In this document: positions 38,353 through 50,875 of the stretch, in pieces
Layout: every line of letters begins with the position of its first letter
Position numbering within the stretch: the first letter of the stretch is position 1
Assembly (NCBI GenBank): GCA_951406725.2
Contig: OX597815.1
Location: forward strand, 41,044,001-41,108,000
Origin: Octopus vulgaris
Taxonomy: Eukaryota
Length of the DNA stretch: 64,000 nucleotides
Direction: 5' to 3'
Notes under the pieces: generated by a model
What the model was told of the DNA's origin: nothing
Database searches by the model: none
The model's input: the letters and a program-made list of their open reading frames with translations, nothing else
Position numbers and translations under genes: made by a program

Positions 38353-38943
38353 ATAATGATATATATATGTGACATGTACATGAATGGGATTTTGGGAGGT
38401 GTACCAGATGTAATGGTGGGATTCAGTTTCTCCTTCAGGTGCTCACCAATGTATTTTCAAGGTTTTAAAAAAAAGGTAATCTCATAACTGCTTACCTCAT
38501 AAAAATCTGGTCAGTTTAGTGCAGCTAGCAGATGTCTATACTATGGTTGAAACAATAGAATTAGTAATACTAGCCAACCAATGTGACTTAAGATTTCTTG
38601 TTGGAATGTTCACATATTAGCTGATAATGCAGAAACTTGTTCTGAACATAAAACAACCTTCTTGCTAACAAACTATGAAACTATTCTGTAGATATTGCTG
38701 CAAACTTTGATTAAATAATGTAAAGAGCACTGCTAACACAGTAAAACATAATGTTGGTTCATAAAAACATTTAATATACTTTATAATGGTTGCACAATGG
38801 AATACCATGTGCCTACAAGTCATTAATGTTTGCATTCCAACTCCAGGAATGTGTTTAATATGTAAATTGGTATACCCAATAACTTAACACCGCTGTATGT
38901 GGTGGCTCTATAAGCAATGTGTTCGGAGGCAAAAGTGGGATTT

Positions 38944-38998
38944 GATGGGTGCTGATGAAGGGGGAAAAACCCCCCGAAAAATGGCATATACACTCATT
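38944..38998 (+). ncRNA. Type-I hammerhead ribozyme motif
   Basis: GAUGGGUG-CUGAUGA-A-GGGGG(AAAAAC)CCCCC-GAAA-AAUGGCAUA-UA^-CACUCAUU: 8-bp stem I with 2 G-U pairs, 5-bp G-C stem II, intact core. Confidence 0.68.
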
Positions 38999-39097
38999 GC
39001 CTACTTTTGTCTTTTGTCTCATTATTTGTTTACATCTGATGTCTCGATAAGAAACATCGCAAAAAATCAGTTTCTGGAAAAATAACCTTAACAGTAT

Positions 39098-39276
39098 ATC
39101 ATCATCATCATCATCGTCGTCGTCGTTTAATGGCCACTTTCCATGCTGGCATGGGTTGGACAGTTTGACTGAGGACTGGTGAGTCAGGAGGCTGCACCAG
39201 GCTCCACTCTGATCTTGCAAAGTTTCTATAGCTGGATGCCCTTCCTAATGCCAACCACTCCAAGAGTGTAGTGGGT
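39098..39276 (-). mobile_element. RTE-type 3' end
   Basis: (ATC)n tail and the shared terminal module. Confidence 0.85.
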
Positions 39277-39282
39277 ATTCTT

Positions 39283-39640
39283 TTATTCTTTTACTTGTTT
39301 CAGTAAGTTAACTGTGGCCATGATGGAGCACTGCCTATAAGGGTTTTTGTTGAGCAAATCGACCCCCAGGACTTAATTTTTAAGCCTGGTACTTATTCTG
39401 TTGGTGTCTTTTGTTGTTACTGGGATGTAAACACACCAATACCAGTCATCAAGTGGTGATGGGGGACAAATACAGACACAAAGGCACACACACACACACA
39501 CACACTCGACAAGCTTCTTTCAGTTTCCATCTAGTAAATTCACTCGCAAGGCTTTGGTTGGCCTGAGGCTATGGTAGAAGACATTTGCCCAAGGTGCCAT
39601 GCAGTGAGAAGCAAGTTTCTTACCACACAGCTATGCCTGT
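39283..39640 (-). mobile_element. tRNA-derived SINE, family A
   Basis: Homologous to 46301-46722. Confidence 0.8.
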
Positions 39641-40294
39641 GTCTAAATATATATAATTTTTGTATGTGAATGTGTGTATGTGCATACAAGTACAAAGAAG
39701 AGAGGGGAACAGGGAGAGAGAAAGAGAGAGAGCATGTATGTGTGTGTTTGTATGTGTGCAAGAACAATGCTCATGTATATGTGAGTGGGTGAGCATGCAA
39801 GAATGCGTATATTTTATATCCTTGTGTGGATTTCTTTGTGCACATATTTGTGTGTGTGTGTCTATGTGTCAGAGATGCATGGGTGGTGCATTTGCACATG
39901 TGTATGTGTGTATGAGGTTGTTTACAGGGTTGGGATGGGCAATGTGTGTTAGTGTGAATGTGTGTGTATGGGCTTGTGTGTATGTGTATGTGTATCAGTG
40001 TATGTGTGGACTGGATATGGGTGTGTGTGTGAGACTAAGCATGTGGTGTACATGTGATATGTTTCTGTGCATGGGTGTTTGGGAGAGTATGGAGCATTTT
40101 ATTCGGCGAAAAGTGGGTGGTGTGCTGTGTCCAAATGGTAGACAGAAACATACAAACAAACATACATACATACATACATACATACATACATACATGAATA
40201 TAAGCATATGTAATCCAAGAGAAACGTTGAGCCTCCAACCAAGCCTTTCACAATAACCTTAAAGCCAGGAACTTTTCAGCATCCCGTTGTATAT

Positions 40295-40706
40295 ACTCTC
40301 TTTTACTCTCTTTTACTCTTTTACTTGTTTCAGTCATTTGACTGCGGCCATGCTGGAGCACCGCCTTTAGTCGAGCAAATCGACCCCGGGACTTATTCTT
40401 TGTAAGCCCAGTACTTATTCTATCGGTCCCTTTTGCCAAACCGCTAAGTGATGGGGATGTAAACACACCAGCATCGGCTGTCAAGCAATGCTAGGAGAAC
40501 AAACACAGACACACAAACACATATATATATATACATACATATATACGACAGGCTTCTTTCAGTTTCCGTCTACCAAATCCACTCACAAGGCATTGGTCAG
40601 CCCGGGCTATAGCAGAAGACATTTGCCCAAGATGCCACGCAGTGGGACAGAACCCGGAACCATGTGGTTGGTTAGCAAGCTACTTACCACACAGCCACTC
40701 CTGCGC
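40295..40706 (-). mobile_element. tRNA-derived SINE, family A (young, CpG-retaining)
   Basis: Homologous to 46301-46722; (ctcttttact)n tail. Confidence 0.9.
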
Positions 40707-40879
40707 ATATATATTTATAATTAATGGAGAAAATGGAAAATAGAAGATATGAGAATCTTTATTGATTACTACAATCATTTCAATCCATCTAGCATTGCTC
40801 TCTTGCTGGTGGGATGCTGCACAACTGACTTAGGTGTATCCCTCTGTGTAGATGTGTCTCCTCAAGTGATTTCAAGCGG

Positions 40880-41282
40880 TACTCTTTTACTCTTTTACTT
40901 GTTTCAGTCATTCGACTGCGGCCATGCTGGAGCACCGCCTTAGTCGAGCAAATCGACCTCAGGACTTATTCTTTGTAAGCCTAGTACTTATTCTATTGGT
41001 GTCTTTTGCTGAACCGCTAAGTTACGGGGATGCAAACACACCAGGATCAGTTGTCAAGCGATGTTGTGGGGACAAATACACACATACAAACACACGCACA
41101 CATATATACATATATACGACGGGCTTCTTTTCAGTTTCCGTTTACCAAATCCACTCAGAAGGCTTTGGTAGGCCCAAGGCTATAGTGGAAGACACTTGCT
41201 CAAGGTGCCATGCAGTAGGACTGAACCCAGAACCATGTGGTTTGTAAGCAAGCTACTTACCACACAGCCACTCCTGCGCCTA
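40880..41282 (-). mobile_element. tRNA-derived SINE, family A
   Basis: Homologous to 46301-46722. Confidence 0.9.
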
Positions 41283-42446
41283 TATTTCATTCAAACAAAC
41301 TCTGCATCGCACAACTTATTACCGCATGTTTTCTTTTAGGCCTTTGTAGATATAAATGGTAATTTGACAGATTCAGTCATATTTAACATGTCCAAGTACA
41401 CTAGGACATGCAAAGACCGTAGGCTGCATAAATTGGTTTGAGAGAAGAAATTCTCTTTATAGACAATATGGGTGTAGACACAACTAGGCTATAAATGATA
41501 TCATTAGATTGTAGAATGCATGCTAAGGAGACATAAAAATGACAATGACGATGATGATGACAGTGATGATGACAACAATGATGATAACACACTGATTGCT
41601 TGAGACATTGATATGAATTTTTACCTTTTGTTTGATTCTGATAGAAGACACATTCTTATAGTCTTCTGTACTTTTTCTTTTTCATAAGTAGAGATAGAAA
41701 TTGTCAAAATAGGGATGAAATATGATTGCTTCTATCATAGTCTCGAGCCTTTAGGAAATCTTAAAATCAGTGCTGCAGTATAATAGAAGAGCTAATGAAA
41801 CCTCTACATGGTTACTCATTCTGCTAGAAACAGAGCTAAATGTCTCTAAATCACACCTTTCCACCTTAAATAAAGAAAATTTTCTTCATGAAGGGATCAT
41901 CTACAACCACAAGGTGCTGTGAATGATTAGACTTACTCAAAAGATCTAACCCTGCCAGATGAAATTTGGTATATGCTTTTTTTTTAACTGCTAAAGTAAT
42001 TATCCTAGGTGTGAATGCAGAAACAAAAGAGTTAATTTTATTATCGTGTTTGAGGTCACAGTGAAACACCATCTTTATGATAGAGCACCACTTATAGACT
42101 TTATTTGAAAGAGCAACAAGAGGAGAGGAACTAGAAGGAAACTAAAACTACATATCAAGGTATCAACTATGAGATGGAGTTAGAGACCTACCGGTCACTA
42201 CTTTACTCATTTTCTGTCATACATGTCATTTGTGTTTAACTTTAAATTAGTTCTAATATTTTAAATGATTTTTAGGTCTAATCCTAGATCGTTTTTCATT
42301 CAGTTGTCATTTTCCTTTTAGTTTACTTCTCAGTTTTTTTTGTATTGACTTTATGTGGAGAAATCAGAACCAGAAAACTGCCAAAAAAGATAATACAAAA
42401 AAAAAAAAAATGATAATGGCTCAGTTATTTCATTTTCTTTCAACAG

Positions 42447-42592
42447 ACATCTGCAATAGAAATCTTAGAACAGCTCGAAAGAGATCGAGAAGTTCTACGG
42501 GCATTCCTGCAAGTATCGCAGGCTGAAAATAGTCTACTCCGGCGTATGAATCTAAAATCTTTTCTAATGATCCCTGTACAAAGAATTATGAA
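42447..42592 (+). CDS. RhoGEF DH-domain exon (TSAIEILEQLERDREVLRAFLQVSQAENSLLRRMNLKSFLMIPVQRIM[K])
   Basis: ttttctttcaacAG acceptor, AA|GTAAGT donor, 146 nt phase 0/2; LxSFLxxPVQR is DH conserved region 3. Absent from the ORF track; translated by hand. Confidence 0.93.
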
Positions 42593-42739
42593 GTAAGTAT
42601 TAAGCATTACATTCAAACTTTATAATTTTCTAAGTCTTGTTATTCCTAATGAACTCTTATGGCATTCACATATCTACAATAAAGCCAAAATATAAGGAAA
42701 TTAAGTAAATAAATAAAAACCTAGAATTTATTAACTATA

Positions 42740-43090
42740 TTACCAGTGTCGCCTTACTGGCACTTGTGCCAGTAGCACGTGAAAAAAAACATTTGAGGAA
42801 GGTCTTTGCCAATGCTGCTGGACTGGCTCCTGTGCAGGTGGCATGTAAAAAACACCATTTGAGTGTAGCCATTGCCAGTACCGCCTGACTGGCCCTCGTG
42901 CTGGTGGCACGTAAAAGCACCCACAACACTCTTAGAGTGGTTGGCGTTAGGAAGGGCATCCAGCTGTAGAAACTCTGCCAGATCAGATTGGAGCCTGGTG
43001 CAGCCGTCTGGTTCACCAGTCCTCAGTCAAATCGTCCAACCCATGCTAGCATGGAAAGCAAACGTTAAACGATGATGATGATGATGATGT
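42740..43090 (+). mobile_element. RTE-type 3' UTR copy with tandem units, subfamily 2
   Basis: About 3 repeat units + terminal module + (GAT)n; closely matches 58840-59298. Confidence 0.85.
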
Positions 43091-44322
43091 TACTCCTTCA
43101 ATGTACTAAACAATATAACACAGTAAATTGGATTGGTTTTTATGGAACAACATTGGCAACTTTCTTCAAATATACATTGATAGAGTCAAATGTTATGCTT
43201 AGTACCTGTTCTCTGCTGGTATACAATCCTGGTTTTGTCAGTACCAATCTCTATGAGTGATGTTGCTAAGTTTAATGACATCTTTAGAATAGAAATATCT
43301 TTTAACTATTCTTTAATTTATTTACTTTTAATCTTAAGGCTAGTTGGTTGGCATGTTTCTTTAAAGCCCTAATGAATTATTCACCCTCGAAATTAGTTTT
43401 GAGGTATGCTTAACTAAATAACGAACAATTTCCAATGGTTCTGAAAGCAATATGCATTGAATATACACCAAAATACCCAGAAAAAAAATTGCACCTCCAA
43501 TGCAAGACAGTTCTAATTGCAGAGAAAACTCCATCCCCACCCACTCATGTAACAAAGAATGAATAATTACCAACTGTTTTGAAGATCATTCACTGAGAAC
43601 ACTTATAAAAAAGAAATATTGTAAAGAAAACAAGAAAACTCTGAGGTGTGTGTGGGGAGATCAGAGGGTTTGCCACTCTCCCCTCCCCCCCCAAAAATGG
43701 TCATTTGCAACATGTTTGGAGGTCAGATTCATTGATAATACTTCAACAAGAAAATAAAAAAAATGAAAAATATAATTTCCCACCAAATACATGTAAGCCT
43801 TCAAAACTCCAGTGGTCTTCAGCCTGCACCTTCCCATCTCCTTTTTCTACAAAGTTAGTTGTTTCTGATTGGTTTAGAGGTCATATTCATTGATAATGTA
43901 TGGGAAAAAATGTTTAAAAAAATCTCTGAAGTATGTGGGGTCAGGGTGGGGAAACTTTTTCAACAATCCCATCTCACTATCTCTCTTCATTTTCTGGGGG
44001 GAAAATGTCTTTTACTGCATGTTCAGAGGTCAGATTAGTTGTTAGCATATGAAAGAAGCAAAGAGAAATAAATATTTTTCATTGAGATTGAGATACTTGT
44101 TCTTCAATAAATTTACCAAAACTTTAATGTAATTAATAATAAAATACTTGTTAACCACATTCACAATAACAACAATGACGAAAACAATTACAATAACATC
44201 AACAATAATAAAATAAATTTTGAAATGTGAATAATTAAACAAAATCGAAAATATTCCGTCAATTCATATGGTATTTGCTTATAGTAGGGTCGTGATGTGG
44301 TAAGTAGTCACCTATGTCATAT

Positions 44323-44850
44323 TGGTTTCAAATTTTGGCACAGGGCCAGCAGTTTCAGGGAAGGAACTAAGTTGATTACATTGACCCCAGTATTCAGCTG
44401 GTATTTATTTTATTGACCCCAAAATGATAAAAAGCAAAGCTGACCTTGGTGGCATTTGAACTCAGAATGTAAAGATGGACAAGTCAATAATGAGATTTCT
44501 CAGCCCTCCTATGTGCATCCCTCTTTTTACAGTTTTACAATATACTTGTCCCAGTTCTACAATATACTTCTCCTTCTCCCAACTCTACACTATGTTCTCC
44601 CCTTTTCCAGTCCTTTGATGTGCACACTCTTCTTCCTGTTAAGAGCTTCTCCTTCTATCAACCCTACATTGTGCATCCCTATTAACGATTCTTTTTGTAC
44701 AAATTGCTCCATACATCACCTTCTTTCTACAAACTGGAAAATGTGATTGAAAATTAGAATTAAATTGTATGCAAGATATTTATAGTTTTATTGTCATTCA
44801 TATATTATTTTTCCCAGCGTGTTAACAATTCTGCCAACTTGCCGCCTTAG
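44323..44850 (-). mobile_element. SINE family B interrupted by a ~335-bp insert (44479-~44812)
   Basis: SINE sequence stops at ...ctcagaatgtaaagatggac and resumes at ccagcgtgttaacaattctgccaacttgccgcctt. Confidence 0.75.
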
Positions 44851-45901
44851 TTACCTATGTCCTATTAATACCTGGAACAAAATCACTCTAGTCTGATATA
44901 ATGTGCATGTACATTAAAAATGGAAGACGGTAATATTGAATCATAACAAAAATGTGATGAAAACATACTAATAAAAAGAAAAGGGGTAAAAGTTGAAAGA
45001 AGTTTAAGAATTACGAGTGACATAGCTAGAGTGTGTGGCACAGGAGTAGCCCTTGGGTTGCCCCCCCCCCACTCAGGTTCCAAAGTTTATACTAGCTTAT
45101 ACAGGAGGCCCAAATGTGCTGTCTTCAAAAAAGCATTGCCTGGAGAAGACTAACACCATTGCCCCACCCTAGCAACAATACAGAAAGTAGTATTCAGTCA
45201 TAAGTGCTTTGTTTGTTTGTTTGTTTGTTTCTTTTTTTCTTTCCTTCTTTCTTCCTTTCTTTCTTTCTTCCTTTCCTTCTTCCTCTCTTTCTTCATTTCA
45301 CTTTCTCTTACCCTCTCCCCTTTCTTTCTCTCATAGACACACACACACATACACACAAACACACACACATACACACAAACACACACATACACACAAACAC
45401 ACACATACACACAAACACACAAACACACACACATACACACAAACACACAAACACACACACATACACACACATACACACACATAAACACACACTACCTGCC
45501 TACGTGTATCATGTTGCAACCTGTATAAACAATGTTGATCAATAAGTTATGCGACAAGCAAGGCCACATAACATATTTACTGGATAATAATATACGAATG
45601 ACAATAAAACTATAAATATCTTGCATGCGATTTAATTCTAATTTTCAATCACATTTTCCAGTTTGTGGAAAGAAGGTGATGGCTGGAGCAATTTGTACAA
45701 AAAAAGAATTGTTAATAGGGATGCACAATGTAGGGTTGATAGAAGGAGAAGAGTGTGCACATCAAAGGACTGGAAAAAGGGAGAACGTAATGTAAAGTTG
45801 GGAGAAGGCGAAGTATATTGTAGAACTGGGACAAGTATATTGTAGAACTGTAAAAAGAGGGATGCACATAAGAGGGCTGAGAAATCTCATTATTGACTTG
45901 T
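44479..45901. repeat. Long inverted repeat: arms 44479-44817 and 45580-45901
   Basis: Arms are reverse complements at roughly 90% by eye (acaagtcaataatgagatttctcagccctc / gagggctgagaaatctcattattgacttgt), with one ~19-nt indel. Confidence 0.92.
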
Positions 45902-46300
45902 GCATCTTATTCTAAGTAGGTCAGGTTACAGCATTACTATCTTATTTCTGCATTTTTTTTTTCAATAGTAAATATCATTTTTTTCTATATGTATACAAAG
46001 TGAAAGAAATATAATTTGTATTAAGAACACACACACACACACACACACACACACTACAAAAGAGAGAGATAGAGAGAAAGTGAGAGAAAGAGAGAGAGAA
46101 GAGAGAGAAGGAGAGAGAAAGAGAATGAGAGAGAAAAAGAATGAAAGAGAGAGAGAGAGAGAGACTGATAGAGAGAGTGAGAGAGAAATTTCATAATTTG
46201 TATACCTGCACAACTACCTAGCATAAAAAGTTGTCCTAAATTTGTGTTGTATAGATGCTGCAGATTATACATAACATTTTCTTATGAAGTCATGCTTAAC

Positions 46301-46461
46301 AGGCGTAGGAGTGGCTGTGTGGTAAGTAGCTTGCTTACGAACCACATGGTTCCGGGTTCAGTCTCACTGCGTGGCACCTTGGACAAGTGTCTTTTACTAT
46401 AGCCTCGGGCCAACCAAAGCCTTGTGAGAGGATTTGGTAGACGGAAACTGAAAGAAGCCCG

Positions 46462-46501
<40 letters not shown>

Positions 46502-46722
46502 ATATGTTTGTGTGTCTGTGTTTGTCCCCCAACATCGCTTGACAACCGATGCTGGTGTGTTTACGTCCCCGTAACTTAGCGGTTCGGCAAAAGAGACCGA
46601 TAGAATAAGTACTAGGGTTACAAAGAATAAGTCCTGGGGTTGATTTGCTCGACTAAAAAGATGGTGCTCCAGCATGGCCACAGTCAAATGACTGAAAGAA
46701 GTAAAAGAGTAAAGAGAGTTAA
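46301..46722 (+). mobile_element. Full-length tRNA-derived SINE, family A (~420 bp)
   Basis: Head ggcgtaggagtggctgtgtggtaag (A box) ... ccgggttcagtctc (B box), central (TA)n/(TG)n, tail gtaaaagagtaaagag; about 12 copies in the window. Confidence 0.92.
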
Positions 46723-46990
46723 GAGTAACATGCTTCAATGTTGGTAAACTTTCTGTTGTGGAAAATTAGAAACACACATTTGGGCCATAAATGATGTCAT
46801 TTGTTCATAGGACACATGTATTTCTATGTTTTTTCATTTATCAGTAATGAACCACCAAACCTGTCCTTTATAGCCTGATAAATATCAATCTGTTCTTATA
46901 TTAGAACACCACGTGGCCCATTTGCTGATGTGCATAAAGCTTGGTCAAGCTAGAAATAAATGAACAAAGTTGCACAAAACATTATTGAAC

Positions 46991-47181
46991 AAAATATATT
47001 TGTATAAAGTCATATTTAACATGTTGCAATGCACTCAGACATGGGAAGGCCTTCTGCTGCAGAAATACTCCTATGTCATCTAAAATGAGAATTTTGTCAC
47101 AGGATTATTTCTGTAGCAGAAGGTCTTCCTATTTATGAGTGTGCTTGAGCATGTTAAATATGACTTTCATTAATATATTTT
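46991..47181. repeat. ~190-bp imperfect hairpin
   Basis: aaagtcatatttaacatg...ccttctgctgcagaaata pairs with tatttctgtagcagaagg...catgttaaatatgacttt. Confidence 0.85.
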
Positions 47182-47189
47182 ATTCTAAA

Positions 47190-47555
47190 AAAATAATGAA
47201 ATTATTGTATACAGTGCTCAGGTGCACCACAACTTGTCAAAAGTGCGCATAAAGCAGACGCAGTAATGTACAAATGTCTGGAAAGTGAACAGTGTATGAG
47301 TCAGATACATGCTTGCATGTATATGGAGGGAAGAAAATCAGGTGTAGTGTTGGCGAATCTCAGGAAGCATGGAAGTTTTGAAGGATGCAACTAACAACTG
47401 ATGCCGGCAGTTTGTTCCATGCTTCAACAACTCTTAGTGTGAAAAAATGTTTCCAAAAGTTATGGGAGCTGTGCTGTTTTCTGACTTTGTAAACATATCT
47501 GCAGGTGTTAGACAGGTGGAGTTTGAAAAGGTGTTCAGAGTTATTGTTCGTAAGA
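47190..47555 (-). mobile_element. CR1-clade LINE 3' fragment
   Basis: Homologous to 49065-49445. Confidence 0.8.
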
Positions 47556-47847
47556 CTTTCTGTGTTAGTAAGACTTCTGTGTGACTTTATTCATTTAATT
47601 GCAACATTTTCATTTTTGATTTCAAAAATTTTATAATTTTGAGAAACATTTTTTTGCTCAATCATACTGCCTGCTTTTTCAAACATACAGTTCTGTGAAA
47701 AAGATTCTGTGTTCCAAAAGACAAGTTGTCTTTTAATAGAAGTTAATAAAATGTTATTTGTCATTTTCAAAATAAGTCAGTTGGTTTTATCTGTCTGTCT
47801 AACAATCTGTCCATCTCTCTCTCTCTCTCACTCTGTCTGCCTGCCTG

Positions 47848-47925
<78 letters not shown>

Positions 47926-48035
47926 CATCCATCCATCTATCTATCTCTTTATCAATCTATCTATATGTCCATCCATCCATCCATCTGTCCGTCTGTCTGT
48001 CTGCCTGTCCGTCTACCTGCCCGCCTGCCTGCCTG

Positions 48036-48106
<71 letters not shown>

Positions 48107-48351
48107 GCATGTCTGTCTGCATGTCTGTCTGCCTGCCTGCCTGCCTGTCTGTCTGTCTATTTATTTATTCTCTTTTTGAAATAATTTTGATTCAATTAAA
48201 ACTGGTTGGTGGTGGGGTGTTCATAAAATATAAGCAGCATGTTTTGCAGTTTTTAGGAAAATTGTTTAATGGGTTCTTATGCCAAAATAATTTTGGAGAC
48301 CACTACTCTAAACTACTTGCCAAATGTCATTTATATTTCTCTCTTTTACAG

Positions 48352-48466
48352 GTATCCACTTCTACTGAACCGCCTTTATAAATCAACAGCAGCACGACAT
48401 GAAGACTGTGCCTTCTTACATGAAGCGGTGGTTGGAATTGAAAAAATATTGGAGGAGATTAATGCT
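48352..48466 (+). CDS. RhoGEF exon, end of DH domain ([K]YPLLLNRLYKSTAARHEDCAFLHEAVVGIEKILEEINA)
   Basis: ctcttttacAG acceptor; the first G completes the split AAG codon, giving QRIMKYPLLL; GCT|GTAAGT donor; 115 nt phase 2/0. Confidence 0.93.
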
Positions 48467-48509
48467 GTAAGTACTTTCTCTCACATCTGTAACACATTTT
48501 TTAGCATGC

Positions 48510-48987
48510 TGATGACATCTGTGATGGTGGTGTTGGTGGTGATGATGATGATGATGGTGGTGGTGGCGATGGTGGTGTTTGGGATGGGGGATGGTGGTGG
48601 TGGCAGTATTGGTGATATTGGTTATGGTGGCAGTAGTGGTGTTTGGAATGGGGGATGATGGTGGTACTGGTGGTTTTGGTTGTGGAGGTAGTGGTTGTTG
48701 TGGTGATGATGATGATGATGATGATGATGATGTTTGGGATGGTAGTGGTGTTGGTGATAGTGGTGTGATGGTGGTGGTGGTGGAGGTGGAGGTGGTAGTG
48801 GTGGTGATGATGATGGTGGTGGTGTTTGGGATAGTGATGGTGGTGGTGTTTGTGGTAGTGATGGTGGAGGTAGTGTTGTTGCTAATAGCAATTATAGTGC
48901 CACTATTGGTGATGATAGTGGTGTTGAATGCTGGTAATGCTGGTGATTAGTGGTGGTAATGGTGGCAATCAGGATATAATAATAATA

Positions 48988-49036
<49 letters not shown>

Positions 49037-49065
49037 CAATAATAATAATGATAATAATGAACAAT
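48510..49065. repeat. Degenerate (GGT/GAT)n followed by (TAA)n
   Basis: Directly visible. Confidence 0.9.
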
Positions 49066-50875
49066 AATGAAATTATTGTGTATAGTGCTCAGGTGCACTA
49101 CAACTCATCAAAGGTGCATGTACAGTACATAGAATTATGTACAAAAGTCAGGAAACTGAACAGTGTATGAGTCATGATATGCATGTGTGCATGCATATGA
49201 AGGGGGGGGGGTATCAGGCATAGTGTTGGGGAATTTCAGGAAGCATGGAGATTTTAAAGGATGCAATGTCTTGGCAACTAACAACTGATGCAGGTAATTT
49301 GGTCCATGTTTCAGTGACTCTGAGTGTGAAAAAATGTTTCTGAAAGTCATGGGAGCTGTGCTGTTTTCTGACTTCGTAAGCATGTCCACATGTGTTAGAC
49401 ACATGGAGCTCAAAAAGGTGTTCAAGGTGGTTGTTGGTGCGATGGTTAATAATTTTGTGGGTGTTTACTAAGTAAGTTGCCAGATGCTGGAGCTTCAATG
49501 TATCTATGCCCAGGGAACAAGGCATTCAGTGTATGATAGATGCCTGATGGAGAGTATTTGCTTGGTTGCATGTCTCTGAATAGTTTCCAGGAGGTCAATG
49601 TCTTGAGCAAGATAGGGGTTCCAGACTGATGATGTAAATTCCAAGTGTGGCTGCACCATAGCCATATACAGCTTTAAATAGATAGCTGGAGAGCAGCTGA
49701 CAAAGGTCTTGTTGAACAAGGCTAAGACACCTTTGGCCTTCTTGACAATTTTATAGATATACTTTGTCCAGAGCAAATCACTGCTGACAGTAATGCCCAG
49801 ATCACGTCCACAAGAAGGCTTCTTAATATTTATGTTGTGGGATGAGAGTATGTGGATGCTGGGTTTTTCCTTCCAAAATGCATGGTGATACACTTGTCCA
49901 CAGCCAGCTTGAGTTGCCAGACTGTGTTCCATTGTTGCATTGTGTCCAGGTTCAATTGCAGGAAACATCTATAGTGTTCAGGATCTGTCCTTTTTATCTC
50001 AAGGCAGCTTGATGTCATCTGTATATTTCAGCGCTGTGGCATTCTTTAAGTTAGCATCTATGTCATTAATGTATGCAACAAACAAAAGGGGACCAAGAAC
50101 AGATCCCTGCAGTACACCAGACGACATCTCATAGGGTGAAGAATGCTGTTCTAGAACCATGACTACCTCTTTTCGGCTGAGAATGAAGGACTCCAACCAG
50201 TTAAAAAGATCATCATTCTCACCCATTGCAGAGAGTTTTGCCATAAGTCTTTTGTGTGACACAGAATTAAAAGCTTTAGCAAAGTCAAGGTAAGCAACAT
50301 TCACCCATGAGCCGCCATCAGTGAGCCACATGATTTCTTCAAGAAACTCAATAAGTTGGTCACAGCAGCTGGAGTTAGGGATAAATCCAAATTGCTAAGG
50401 CCAGCTAAGGCTGTGAGAATTCCAGAAGTTCCAGGGTGTTTCTCTGACACAGGATTCCATCAGACAGTTGACTGGATGATAGTTGACAGGCAATGTGCAG
50501 TCACCCTTTTTGAACAGAGGAATGACACTTGCAATTTTCCACTGCTCTGGAGTAGCACCATTGTTAAGACAGAACTGAAAGAAGAGTGAAAACTGGTGCA
50601 GAAGAAAGTACCCACTATGTTAGAGAAGCAGGTATGTAACACCATCAAGATCAGGAGAGGCATAGTTGTGCTTATTCTTAAGGTGACATTGCAGCATTGC
50701 AGGTGTAGATTCCATAGTTGTCATGGAATTTGGTATCAGAAGTAGTGGTGATGGCATGTTTTGGATTTTGGCAGTAAAAATGCTTGCATAACATTCAACA
50801 ATGAGTTCTGCACATACTTTGGGATTGTCAGTAATCTGGCTTGTGTGGGGATTGCGAAAAGGACCAATGGGAGAG
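49065..50875 (-). mobile_element. 5'-truncated, frameshifted CR1-clade LINE (RT + 3' end)
   Basis: AYLDFAKAFNSVSH, SGVLQGSVLGPLLFVAYIND, KYTDDIKL, RDLGITVSSDL, LYMAMVQPHLEFTSSVWNPY and FFTLRVTETWTKLP across ORFs 49214-50331(-). Confidence 0.9.

Noticed and set aside
44479-45901. Single DNA transposon with ~335-bp TIRs
   Set aside because: The interrupted SINE resumes right after the left arm, there is no TSD at the outer ends, and the interior is microsatellite and unique DNA.
46301-46380. tRNA-like sequences with A/B boxes (also ~27800-27875 and ~52307-52390)
   Set aside because: They are heads of multi-copy SINEs and do not form complete cloverleaves.
48467-48950. Read-through extension of the 48352 exon (Gly/Val/Asp-rich ORFs)
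   Set aside because: There is a strong GTAAGT donor at 48467 and the extension is degenerate (GGT/GAT)n repeat.
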